Shown in pieces: positions 26,322 through 35,511 of a stretch of DNA of 64,000 bases. The stretch spans positions 3,530 through 67,529 of the forward strand of contig JAPPLW010000004.1 in assembly GCA_028819345.1 (NCBI GenBank), read 5' to 3'. Position numbers and translations under genes: made by a program. The DNA comes from a bacterium. Its GTDB lineage: Bacteria > Actinomycetota > Acidimicrobiia > Spongiisociales > ZC4RG35. The notes under the pieces are model-generated. The model was not told the DNA's origin, made no database searches, and worked only from the letters and a program-made list of their open reading frames with translations. The stretch's first letter is position 1; every line of letters begins with the position of its first letter.

Positions 26322-28589
26322 CTAAGCGGTAGGGCTCTCCTCCATGCGTCGCCCGATGGCGTCCCGCCAGGTGCGGGAGGCCACCGCCAGGCTGACGGCG
26401 CCGCGCACCCCGCCGCTCTCGAGGGAGATCTCCCGGCCGCCGAAGGTGCCGATCTGGGAGGCCGGAAGACCGTGTCGGGCGGTGATGGCGGTCAAGTGAG
26501 GAACGTCCCGCGGGGCCACCGCGGCCAGAAGCCTGTTCGGATCCTCGCTGAAGAGGCTGCGCCAGTCCCGGAAGGTAACGTTCACTCCCACCTGCGAGGC
26601 GATGGCTATCTCGGCCGCGGCCAGAGCCAGGCCGCCGTCTGAGATGTCATGCAGTACGGGCGTCACGCCTCCTTGCACCAGGTCCAGAGAGGTCTCGATC
26701 GCTGCCCGGCAGAGGGCGAAGTCGGCGGCGGAGGGGCGACCCCCCAGGTGACCGAAGGCGATCTTGGCGAAAGAACTTCCCGCCAGGTTTACCGCGTTAC
26801 CCAGTCCCAGCAGCCACAGTTCCATGCCTTCTTCGGCCCGGTCCATGCCTGGAGGGAACTCGGGGGCCGGATCGGCGACTCCAACCACCCCCACCACCGG
26901 GGTGGGATGGATGGGATACCCGTCGACTTCGTTGTGGAAGGAGACGTTGCCTGAAACCACCGGAAGGCCCAGCAGTTCGCAGGCTTCGGCCAGACCTTCC
27001 ACCGTCTCGCGAAACTGCCACATCACATCCGGGCTGTCGGGGCTCCCGAAGTTGAGATTGTCCACCACCGCCTTGGGTCGGGCGCCGGAGATGGCCACGT
27101 TCAGCGCCGCTTCGCAGACTAGCCTTCCCGCTCCGCGGCGAGGGTCGAGGTAACAGAGTCTCCCGTTGCCATCCGTGGACACGGCTACCGACTTGGAGGT
27201 GCCGGGGATCTGCACCAGGGCATGGTTCTGTCCCGGGCCGACCGTCACGTCCTCCCGTGGTTTGGTGGGGTACTGCTCGTATATCCAGCGCTTGGAAGCC
27301 AGGTGGGGGTCGTCCAGTAGGTCCAGGAGGGCACCTCCCAATGCCGGCCTTCGTAAGAACCGGATGCTGTTGGACCAGAGGTTCTCCATCCATCCCGGCT
27401 CCCCGATCTGATGGTGATCGACCACGGCTCCCTCGGCCAAGGACCGGATCGGCGCCTCCATCACCACCTCGCCCCGGCTCATGACCCGGAGCGTCTTCGA
27501 AGAGACGACTCTCCCGATCACCGAAGCCTCCACCCCCCGTCCGCGGGCGGTCTCCAGCACCTCATCCACCGAGCCGGGTTCTGCAAACGCCAGCATCCTC
27601 TCCTCCGTCTCCGCAGTCAGCACACCGGCGGCGTCGATCTCCTCGGGCCGGACGTGTACGGCGGACAGGTCGAGGTCGATCCCGACGTCCGAACGGGAAG
27701 CCGGCTCCGTCACCGCGCTGGCCAGTCCGGCGCCCCCCAGGTCCTGGAGACCCTTGACCAGGCCGAGGCGGGCCAGTTCCAGGCACACCTCCAGCAGTCG
27801 ACTCGCCAGTTCTGGATCCCCCTCCGGGATGATCTGAGGGGAGGAGTCGGCGAGACTGCGTGCGCCGGTGGTGGCGAGAGTCGCCACCCCTCCGACGCCG
27901 TCCGGCCCGGTTGGGGAGCCCAGCAAAACCAGCCTGGTTCCTTCGTCTCCGGCCCTTCCCAACACCAGTTCCTCCCGCCGGAGGATCCCCACGCACATCA
28001 CGTTCACCAGGGGATTGTTGAAATAGCTTTCCGAGAAGGCCACCTCGCCGCCCACGATCGGAACCCCCACATCCCTGCCGTATCCGGCCATCGCTCCCAC
28101 CACTTCCCGCAGTCTGAGCCGGCTCTCCGGTTCGCTCAGAGGCCCGAAGCGGATCTGATTCAACAGGGCCACCGGCCGGGCCCCCATGGCCGCCACGTCC
28201 CTGAGAACTCCTCCCACTCCCGTGGAGGCGCCCCGGCGGGAGTCCACGTTGGAAGCGTGATTGTGGCTCTCGATCCGCAGGGCCAGCAGCCATCCGTCAC
28301 CCAGGTCTATCACCCCTGCGTTCTCTCCAGGCCCGACCACCACCCACGGGGCGACGGATGTGAGCCGGCGCAGGTAGGGACCCGAGGACTTGTACGAGCG
28401 GGCTTCCGACCACATTCCTGCGTACACTGCCAACTCCACCGCGGAGGGGGCGCGACCCAGGTCGCGACGGATCGCCTCCAAGTCGGGGTCCGTCAGTCCC
28501 AGAAGTTGATGGAGGGGCGCCGGCGCTTGGCTCTCGGCCTCCCCCGGATCGGCGACCGTAGACCCGGGCGCCTCTGGGCCTTCTGTCAC
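26322..28589 (-). CDS. purL: phosphoribosylformylglycinamidine synthase subunit PurL-like protein (divergent)
   Basis: 755 aa with small-PurL architecture: GENAGVIDLG, RIESHNH, TGVGGVLRDV..MGARP, QDLGGAGL, and the second half VSGNVSFHNE. Several normally invariant motifs are altered (see findings). No purS/purQ adjacent. Confidence 0.8.
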   Translation of the reverse strand: MTEGPEAPGSTVADPGEAESQAPAPLHQLLGLTDPDLEAIRRDLGRAPSAVELAVYAGMWSEARSYKSSGPYLRRLTSVAPWVVVGPGENAGVIDLGDGWLLALRIESHNHASNVDSRRGASTGVGGVLRDVAAMGARPVALLNQIRFGPLSEPESRLRLREVVGAMAGYGRDVGVPIVGGEVAFSESYFNNPLVNVMCVGILRREELVLGRAGDEGTRLVLLGSPTGPDGVGGVATLATTGARSLADSSPQIIPEGDPELASRLLEVCLELARLGLVKGLQDLGGAGLASAVTEPASRSDVGIDLDLSAVHVRPEEIDAAGVLTAETEERMLAFAEPGSVDEVLETARGRGVEASVIGRVVSSKTLRVMSRGEVVMEAPIRSLAEGAVVDHHQIGEPGWMENLWSNSIRFLRRPALGGALLDLLDDPHLASKRWIYEQYPTKPREDVTVGPGQNHALVQIPGTSKSVAVSTDGNGRLCYLDPRRGAGRLVCEAALNVAISGARPKAVVDNLNFGSPDSPDVMWQFRETVEGLAEACELLGLPVVSGNVSFHNEVDGYPIHPTPVVGVVGVADPAPEFPPGMDRAEEGMELWLLGLGNAVNLAGSSFAKIAFGHLGGRPSAADFALCRAAIETSLDLVQGGVTPVLHDISDGGLALAAAEIAIASQVGVNVTFRDWRSLFSEDPNRLLAAVAPRDVPHLTAITARHGLPASQIGTFGGREISLESGGVRGAVSLAVASRTWRDAIGRRMEESPTA

Positions 28590-28755
28590 GTTGGTTGGTC
28601 TCTTACCGTTGACACGCCCCCTTACGATAGTTTGGGGCGCAGACTGTAGGCGGGGTGGTGTGTGTCACGCTCTTCGCGAGGGAGACGCCGCCGAACAGTA
28701 TCGCCTGACCCTGTCAACCATTCGAAATGTGCCTCTAAAGGTAAACTGCCCGGGT

Positions 28756-29448
28756 GTGAAGAGAGTGGTGGTCATCAAGCATTCCGGTGCATCGGCGGGC
28801 AGACTGGGGGAACGGCTGGACCGTTCGGGAGTGGAGTGGGTGGAGATCAACGCCGCGGAGGGCGACAGCCTTCCCCGGATGGAGGAGGTCGGAGCCCTGG
28901 TCATAATGGGCGGGCGAATGGGTGCCTATGAAACAGAGGAGCACCCCTTCCTGGCCGAGGAGATGGCGATGGCGCGCCGGGCGGTGGACGGGGAGGTGCC
29001 CGTCCTGGGGATCTGTCTGGGTTCCCAACTACTGGCCGCCGCTCTGGGGGGAAGCGCCTACCTGGCGGACCGCCCGGAGGTGGGGCCCATCTCGGTCCTC
29101 CTCACCGAGCCGGGTTACCGGCACCCGGTCGTATCCAGGGTCGCCGGTCGGCGGGTGTTCTCGATGCACCAGGACACGTTCGACCCTCCCCCGGGAAGCG
29201 TGCTATTGGCCTACTCGCGGCGCTTCCCGCAGGCTTTCAGCGTCGGATCGGCATTAGGCATCCAGTTCCATCCGGAGACCCCCAACGCCGAGGCCAACGA
29301 GTGGGCCTACAACGGAGCGCGAGGCATGTTGGAACGAGCGGGCCAGACTCCTGAGGGGTTCGCGGCGGAGATGGCAGAGGCTGAAGGAGAGATAGTCGAC
29401 GGCGGCCACCAACTCTTCGACGCCTGGATCGCCGGACTGGATGGCTGA
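28756..29448 (+). CDS. class I glutamine amidotransferase-like protein (GuaA-N / GATase1 type)
   Basis: ORF 28591..29448; GTG 28756 gives VKRVVVIKHSGASAGRLGERL. PVLGICLGSQLLA (nucleophile Cys) and IQFHPE (His-Glu) are present. Confidence 0.75.
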   Translation: MKRVVVIKHSGASAGRLGERLDRSGVEWVEINAAEGDSLPRMEEVGALVIMGGRMGAYETEEHPFLAEEMAMARRAVDGEVPVLGICLGSQLLAAALGGSAYLADRPEVGPISVLLTEPGYRHPVVSRVAGRRVFSMHQDTFDPPPGSVLLAYSRRFPQAFSVGSALGIQFHPETPNAEANEWAYNGARGMLERAGQTPEGFAAEMAEAEGEIVDGGHQLFDAWIAGLDG

Positions 29449-29583
29449 ATCGCCTGGCCGTGCCGTTCGATGGAGACGACATCCGCCCGGCTCGACGCGC
29501 CGGTTGCCGCCGATCGGGGAAGGGTACCCTTCTTGGGCGGGGCGCGGTGACGCCTCTGCATTGTCGAATAGGGACTTGAAAGG

Positions 29584-30792
29584 TTGACCTCCAGAACCGC
29601 GCTCCGTATGAAGCGGCGCAAGACGCAACGCCGGATCTGGATAGGGGTTGCCGCATTGGTGGTGTTGCTCATGGCGCTGGCGGGATGGCGCGTGTACGGG
29701 GGTTTCAGGGAGATCGCCGATCAGCCCTTTGCGCCGGATGTGGCGGGGGCGGCTTTGGAGGATCGCACTCCGGAGGAGGTCGAGGAGGGTCGTCAGGAGA
29801 TAGAAGCCCAGGAAGTGCAGAACCCCGACCGCCAGGAGGAGGAGGCGACCGAGGCCGTACCGCCGCCGGAGGACCGGGAGGGGATAGCGTCGGAACCCGA
29901 AGCAGGGGATGGAGTGGCGCCGGAACCCGAAGCGGCGGCCGGGGAGGTTGCCGGAGAACCCGGGGAAGAGGAGATGCCGGAACCCCCTCCCGTTGCCCAT
30001 GCCCGCAGTTCGGTGAAGGTGCCCGACGCCAGATACGACTCGGTGTTGCTGATGGGCGCCGACGCCAGCGGGTACCTGGCCGACGCCATCCTCTTTGCCT
30101 TGTTCCCCGACGACGGCTCGGCGCCGGCTCTTGTTTCCATCCCGCGAGATCTCTATCTCTACAACTTTTGCTCGAATGACTACCGGCGTGTGAACGCCAA
30201 CCTGGGAGGATGCACCGGGTTCGCCAATGGTCCCGAGCTCTTGGCCCTGGCCATAGAAGACTTCACCGGTATCGCGGTGGACCACTTCGCGAAGGTGGAC
30301 TTCGACGGATTCGTCGAGTTGGTGGACGGCCTGGGAGGGATCGAGATCTGCTTCGATTACCCAACCTATGACGAGAAAGCCCATCTGGACGTCACCGAGC
30401 CGGGCTGCCGCATGGCGGACGGCGCCACCGCGCTGGCCTACGCCCGGTCTCGCAATGCCCGCCACCTGGTGGATGGGGAGTGGCAGCGAGCCTGGTCTTC
30501 GGACTTCACTCGCCAGGCACACCAGCAGGAGTTGCTTCTGACGCTGGCCGGCCAGCTTCGGCTCAACTCCCCGACCGACCTGCTTTCCACCATGGACAGT
30601 CTTTCCCATACCATTCGCTTGGACAAGAGATGGTCGATCGCCCAGGCGGTGGACTGGGCGGTGCGATATCGGGATCTCGATCCCTCCTCGGTTTCCCGGC
30701 TGACTATCCCGGTGGCCGACTACACGGCTCCCTCCGGCGCTCAGGTGCTGGTCCCCACCACGTCTTTCGGCGAGGTTCTCTCCAACTGGTGA
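29584..30792 (+). CDS. LytR-CpsA-Psr (LCP) family cell-envelope phosphotransferase
   Basis: N-terminal basic segment plus TM (RRIWIGVAALVVLLMALAGW), acidic/Pro-rich linker, then the LCP core SVLLMGADASGYLADAILFALF...VSIPRDLY...LGGIEICFDYP...GATALAYARSRN. Start TTG 29584 or ATG 29608. Confidence 0.8.
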   Translation: MTSRTALRMKRRKTQRRIWIGVAALVVLLMALAGWRVYGGFREIADQPFAPDVAGAALEDRTPEEVEEGRQEIEAQEVQNPDRQEEEATEAVPPPEDREGIASEPEAGDGVAPEPEAAAGEVAGEPGEEEMPEPPPVAHARSSVKVPDARYDSVLLMGADASGYLADAILFALFPDDGSAPALVSIPRDLYLYNFCSNDYRRVNANLGGCTGFANGPELLALAIEDFTGIAVDHFAKVDFDGFVELVDGLGGIEICFDYPTYDEKAHLDVTEPGCRMADGATALAYARSRNARHLVDGEWQRAWSSDFTRQAHQQELLLTLAGQLRLNSPTDLLSTMDSLSHTIRLDKRWSIAQAVDWAVRYRDLDPSSVSRLTIPVADYTAPSGAQVLVPTTSFGEVLSNW

Positions 30793-30875
30793 GAAACCCA
30801 CCGCCGCGGGTGGTCCGGACCACTCGGCGCCGGCTCCGCTCTGAGCGTCTACCGGGCCACTAGCCTCATCCGGCT

Positions 30876-31361
30876 ATGAACGTCGAGGGATCCCTGGGTC
30901 TGGATGGGGTTGTGAAGAGGTTTGACCACGTGTCGTGGGCGGTGGGTGACATCAGAGACGCCCTTCCGCTTGTCGAGTTGCTGGGAGGCCGTTTTTACCA
31001 GGGCGCCGATCATGCCCGCAACTCCTTCCGGTGGGTACAGTTCCGGCTTCCGCTCGGGATGTTGGAGATCATGGCCCCGCTTGGAACCGACTCCTTCCTC
31101 CACAAGTTCCTGAGGGAGCGGGGTGAGGGTCTGCACCATCTCACTTTCGAAGTCGCCGACCTGTCGGATGCGGTGCGGATCGCCGAGGAGAAGGGTTTTC
31201 GGATCACCGGACTCAACTTCAGTGAGCATTGGAGCGAGGCCTTCCTGCATCCCCGCACCACCAACGGGGTGCTCATCCAACTCGCCCAGTGGGAAGAGGA
31301 CATCTGGGTCGGTTACACCCTGGAGGAGGTACTGGCCGGGCTTTCCATCGACGCCTCCTAG
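30876..31361 (+). CDS. VOC family protein (glyoxalase / methylmalonyl-CoA epimerase-like)
   Basis: RFDHVSWAVGDIRDALPLVELLGG, LHHLTFEVADLSDAVRIAEEKGF and VLIQLAQ fit the paired beta-alpha-beta-beta-beta VOC pattern. Confidence 0.7.
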   Translation: MNVEGSLGLDGVVKRFDHVSWAVGDIRDALPLVELLGGRFYQGADHARNSFRWVQFRLPLGMLEIMAPLGTDSFLHKFLRERGEGLHHLTFEVADLSDAVRIAEEKGFRITGLNFSEHWSEAFLHPRTTNGVLIQLAQWEEDIWVGYTLEEVLAGLSIDAS

Positions 31362-31370
31362 CTCCCGGCG

Positions 31371-31985
31371 ATGGAGGTCCTGGCGGCGGTTCCTGTTAGG
31401 CAGGCCATTTCCCCCAAGTCCCGACTGGCGACGGTTCTCTCGCCCCGGGCCCGGCGTCTTCTGAGCCTGGAGATGGCTGCCAGGGTTGTGGGCGCCATCG
31501 AGGAGGCAGGCGCTCAACCGGTCGTGCTGGCTGCAGACCAGGTGGTCATGGAGTGGGCCTGCGAGCGTGGATGGGAGGGTATCCGGGACCGGGCGCCGTC
31601 ATTGAATGCGGCTGCGGCCGGAGCTGTGGCGGAGGCCACGAGGCGCCAGGCCGGGTGGATGATCGTGCATGCCGACCTTCCTCTGTTGACCGCCGCCGAC
31701 CTGGGGGACAGTCTGGCCGCGGTGGGTTCGGGACACTGGGTCCTGGCCCCCTCCTCGGACGGCGGCACGTCGCTGATAGGGGGATCGGGTGATCCCCACT
31801 TTGACTTCGCCTACGGGGAGGGAAGTTTCCACCGGCATCTGGCCCGACTCCGCCGGCGGTCCCCGAAGGTTGTCTTCCGGCCCGGTCTGGCCTTGGATCT
31901 CGACCGCCCATCCGATCTGCAGGCGGCCCTCTCCCATCCCCGCGGCCGGTGGCTGGCGGACTGGGTGACGGAAGTGGAGGGGTAG
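31371..31985 (+). CDS. cofC: 2-phospho-L-lactate / phosphoenolpyruvate guanylyltransferase (F420 biosynthesis, CofC/FbiD)
   Basis: AAVPVRQAISPKSRLATVLSP..R..L...M, IVHADLPLLTAADL, LAPSSDGGTSLIG and DLDRPSDL follow the CofC/FbiD pattern. Confidence 0.75.
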   Translation: MEVLAAVPVRQAISPKSRLATVLSPRARRLLSLEMAARVVGAIEEAGAQPVVLAADQVVMEWACERGWEGIRDRAPSLNAAAAGAVAEATRRQAGWMIVHADLPLLTAADLGDSLAAVGSGHWVLAPSSDGGTSLIGGSGDPHFDFAYGEGSFHRHLARLRRRSPKVVFRPGLALDLDRPSDLQAALSHPRGRWLADWVTEVEG

Positions 31986-32153
31986 CCAGGCCTGGGGGGC
32001 AAGGGTTGAAGTAAGCTGTGATGAGCGGCCTGGCAAGGTGGTCCAATCGGGTATCAGCAGGCCGCGCCGCCTCAGCGGAGGCGGGCTGGCAGCCATGGTC
32101 GAAAGCCATCGAGAACGCGAAATCGTCGGCAAACTGACAGGGGAATTATCGAG

Positions 32154-32882
32154 GTGAGCGAGCAGTTGCCTACTCCGGACCGGGCGCTGACTATCGGCGC
32201 TCATCCCGACGACGCCGAGTTCGGGGCGGGAGGCGTTCTCTCCAAGTGGTCCGACAGGGGATGCGAGGCCTCGATGTTGGTGATAACCGACGGATCGAAG
32301 GGGAGTTGGGACCCGGCCGCGGATCAGGACGATCTGGTGGAGACCCGGCGCGCCGAGCAGCACCGGTCGGCGTCCGTCCTGGGCATAACCGGGGAGGTGG
32401 TGATGTTGGGCCGGGTGGACGGGGAGTTGGAGTACGGCATGGAGCTTCGGGAGACGCTGTGCTGGTGGATCAGGCGGTTGCGTCCCAACGTGGTGATCAC
32501 CCATGATCCTTGGAAGCGCTACATGCTGCATCCCGATCATCGGGTGACGGGGTTGGCAGCTACCGATGGGGTCATCGCCGCCCGAGACCATCTCTTCTTT
32601 CCGGCCCAGTTGGGCTCAGGGATCGGAAAGCACCGACCGGACGCGGTGCTCTACTGGCAGGCGGACGAGCCCGACCATCGGGAGGACATCACAGGGTATG
32701 TGGACCGGAAGGTCTCCGCTCTCCTGTGCCACTCCAGCCAAACCCAGACCACGATGGACGATGCGGGTGCCTCCGCCTCGCACCGGGAGAGGTTCGCGGC
32801 CAGGATCACCCAGCGAGCCGTGGAGATCGGAAAACCGGCGGGCCTGGCCGCGGCGGAGGCCTTCAAGCTCGTCGTGCCCTGA
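32154..32882 (+). CDS. PIG-L / LmbE family N-acetylglucosaminyl deacetylase
   Basis: LTIGAHPDDAEFGAGGVLSKW, VITDGSKG and HPDHRVTG are the PIG-L zinc-site motifs. Confidence 0.8.
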   Translation: MSEQLPTPDRALTIGAHPDDAEFGAGGVLSKWSDRGCEASMLVITDGSKGSWDPAADQDDLVETRRAEQHRSASVLGITGEVVMLGRVDGELEYGMELRETLCWWIRRLRPNVVITHDPWKRYMLHPDHRVTGLAATDGVIAARDHLFFPAQLGSGIGKHRPDAVLYWQADEPDHREDITGYVDRKVSALLCHSSQTQTTMDDAGASASHRERFAARITQRAVEIGKPAGLAAAEAFKLVVP

Positions 32883-32884
32883 GG

Positions 32885-34153
32885 ATGGCGAACCGGTCCG
32901 TGCGAGGGGCGTTCCTGGCCGCCTACCGGGCGGCCCTCCGCTCGGTGGATCCCTGCCTCGTTACCGAGAGGAACCTGTCAGGTTCCGGGGAGCGGCTGGA
33001 AGTGGGAGGCCATATGGTCGAAGCCAGGCGGGGAGTGCGGATCCTGGCGGTGGGGAAGGCGGCGCACGGCATGGCCCGCGGTGCTGCCGGGTTCCTTTCC
33101 TCCCGCCTGGTGGGCGGCTTGATCATCTCCGATCACCACCGACTCTCTCCCCATCCTCGGCTGAAGGTGATGGTCGGTGATCATCCCTACCCGGGCCGGG
33201 CCAGCCTGGCGGCGGGGCGGGCTGCGCTTTCTCTGGCAGCGGACGGGCATCCCGACGAGTTGCTTCTGGCGCTGGTGTCGGGCGGGGGATCGTCCCTGAT
33301 GGAAGTCCCCGCCCCGGGGATCACCTTCGATGATCTGGCGGCGGCGGGTCGGGCGCTGGTGACCGGGGGAGTCCCCATCTCGGAGATGAACGTGGTCCGC
33401 CGGCATCTCTCTTCCATAAAGGACGGGGGGATAACCCGGATGGCCGGTGGTCGACCTCTGGCCACCCTGCTCATCTCCGATGTGGTGGACGGTCCCGCCT
33501 CGGCGGTGGCCTCCGGTCCCACGCTGGCGGACGGAACAACTGCTGAGGATGCCCGGGCGGTGCTGGCCGCCTACCGGCTGGAGGAGAGGGTGCCGCCCTC
33601 CGTGACGGCCTATCTCGGGTCCTCCCGTCCGGTGGCCCGATCTTCGGTTCGGCGCCCGCACCGGGTGATAGCGGACGGGTTGGAAGCGGCGCGGGCGGCC
33701 TGCGTCGAACTGGGGGCCCGCGGGATTCCGGCCGTGATCGTGACGTCCCCGGTGGTGGGGGAGGCGGCGCCAGCCGCCCGGGAGGCGATGGAAAAGGCCG
33801 TGGCGGGTCAGGTGCGCGTCTACTGGGGGGAAACCACGGTGAGGATCGACGTCTCGGCGCCTGGACGGGGAGGGCGGAACCAGCACGCCGCCCTGGTGGC
33901 CGCCGGGAGGCTGGCCGAGCGGGGACGGGGGGTCTTCGGAGGCTTCGCAACCGACGGCGTGGACGGCGACAGCGACGCCGCCGGGGGTTTGGTGGACTCC
34001 GGGACCATCGAGCGGGGCAGAGCCGCCGGCCTCGATTGGCGGGAACACCTCCGCCGTTACGACTCCTCTTCCTTTCTGGCCTCTTCGGGCGACCTGGTTG
34101 TCACCGGGCCCACCGGCGTCAACGTGGGCGACCTGTGGTTGGTGGCAGGATGA
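32885..34153 (+). CDS. glycerate 2-kinase / hydroxypyruvate reductase family (DUF4147 + MOFRL domains)
   Basis: 3' part of ORF 32510..34153; ATG 32885 lies 2 nt after the PIG-L stop. ILAVGKAAHGMA, LVSGGGSSL, RRHLSSIKDGG, LLISDVVD, GGRNQHAAL and ATDGVDGDSDAAG are present. Confidence 0.8.
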   Translation: MANRSVRGAFLAAYRAALRSVDPCLVTERNLSGSGERLEVGGHMVEARRGVRILAVGKAAHGMARGAAGFLSSRLVGGLIISDHHRLSPHPRLKVMVGDHPYPGRASLAAGRAALSLAADGHPDELLLALVSGGGSSLMEVPAPGITFDDLAAAGRALVTGGVPISEMNVVRRHLSSIKDGGITRMAGGRPLATLLISDVVDGPASAVASGPTLADGTTAEDARAVLAAYRLEERVPPSVTAYLGSSRPVARSSVRRPHRVIADGLEAARAACVELGARGIPAVIVTSPVVGEAAPAAREAMEKAVAGQVRVYWGETTVRIDVSAPGRGGRNQHAALVAAGRLAERGRGVFGGFATDGVDGDSDAAGGLVDSGTIERGRAAGLDWREHLRRYDSSSFLASSGDLVVTGPTGVNVGDLWLVAG

Positions 34154-34196
34154 GCAGGGACGACCGGTCGGAGCCAGGTCGTAAGATGGGGCGGAG

Positions 34197-35492
34197 ATGA
34201 ACCTTAACAGGTCGGCGGAGCTATTCGAGCGGGCCAGGAGAGTGCTGGCCGGAGGGGTTTCCAGTCAGTTCCGGTCGCACGACCATCCCCATCCCATGTT
34301 CTATGAGTCGGGTCGGGGAACCCGGATCACCGACGTGGATGGGAACACTTTCCTGGACTTCACCCTCAGCCAGGGTCCCCTGATTCTCGGCCACTCCCGG
34401 CCCGAGGTGGTGGAGGCTGTGGCCAGGGCGACCGCCTCCGGGCAGATCTTCGCCGGACAGCACCTTGCCGAGGTGGAATTGGCCGAGACGGTCGGGCGGT
34501 TGGTTCCCTGCGCCGATCTGGTGCGGTTCAGCCTTAGCGGCTCGGAGGCGGTGCACGCCGCCATCCGGGCGGCGCGGGTGCACACGGGGAGGGAGCGCTT
34601 CTTGAAGTTCGAAGGCCACTATCACGGCTGGTTCGACAATGTGGCGGTGAGTGTCTCCGCCCCCTCTGCGGACGCGCTCGGCTCCCGGCTGCGCCCGCGG
34701 CCGCTGCCCTGGACGGAAGGCCGTCCGGTCTCCTCGGACGCCGAAGTGACCACTGCCTGCTGGAACGACCTGGACGCAGTGGAGAGAGCCCTGGCCTCCG
34801 ATCCGGACGGGATAGCAGCGGTGATCACCGAGCCGGTGATGTGCAACAGCGGCTGCATCCTTCCCGTCGGGGGATTCCTGGAGGGCCTGCGTTCTCTTTG
34901 CTCTTCTTATGGAGCGCTTCTGATCTTCGATGAGGTCATCACCGGATTCCGGCTGGGAATGGCCGGCGCTCAAGGGCATTTCGGGGTGGTTCCCGACCTC
35001 GCCACCTTCGGCAAGGCCATGGCCAACGGGTTTCCGATCAGCGCGCTGGCGGGGAGAGCCGAGATCATGACGCACGTTGCCGAGGGGAGGGCTCTGCATG
35101 CCGGGACCATGAACACTTCTAATCCCACCGTGGCGGCTGCGGCGGCCACCCTGGCCATCCTGGAGAGAGAAAGGGTTCACGAACACCTTTACCTCCTGGG
35201 CGCCGAGCTCATGGAAGGTCTCCGGCGGGTCTCCGCGGAGGCGGGGCAGCCTCTTCGAGTGGAGGGTCCCGGCCCCATGTTCCACGCCGGATTCACGGCC
35301 GCCGAGCGCATCCGGGACTATCGGGATACCCTCTCCTACGATACGGCCCGCTATGGGCGCTTCGTGGCAGGGATGCACCGACGGGGCATAAGACTGATCG
35401 GAAGGGGCCTCTGGTACCTGTCGGCGGCCCACACCACGGACGATGTGGATGCGGCCCTCGCTGCGGCTGCCGAGGCGCTTTCGGAGATCTGA
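34197..35492 (+). CDS. class III aminotransferase (glutamate-1-semialdehyde 2,1-aminomutase-like)
   Basis: ARRVLAGGVSSQFR, GPLILGH, SGSEAVHAAIRAAR, LIFDEVITGFR and TFGKAMANGFPISA (PLP Lys) are present. Confidence 0.85.
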   Translation: MNLNRSAELFERARRVLAGGVSSQFRSHDHPHPMFYESGRGTRITDVDGNTFLDFTLSQGPLILGHSRPEVVEAVARATASGQIFAGQHLAEVELAETVGRLVPCADLVRFSLSGSEAVHAAIRAARVHTGRERFLKFEGHYHGWFDNVAVSVSAPSADALGSRLRPRPLPWTEGRPVSSDAEVTTACWNDLDAVERALASDPDGIAAVITEPVMCNSGCILPVGGFLEGLRSLCSSYGALLIFDEVITGFRLGMAGAQGHFGVVPDLATFGKAMANGFPISALAGRAEIMTHVAEGRALHAGTMNTSNPTVAAAAATLAILERERVHEHLYLLGAELMEGLRRVSAEAGQPLRVEGPGPMFHAGFTAAERIRDYRDTLSYDTARYGRFVAGMHRRGIRLIGRGLWYLSAAHTTDDVDAALAAAAEALSEI

Positions 35493-35511
35493 GAACCACG
35501 GAGGCTGGCAA

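Noticed and set aside
32021-32137. 38-codon ORF (MSGLARWSNRVSAGRAASAEAGWQPWSKAIENAKSSAN) in the cofC / PIG-L spacer
   Set aside because: It has no RBS and no recognisable features, and it coincides with predicted RNA hairpins. It is too weak to call as a gene.
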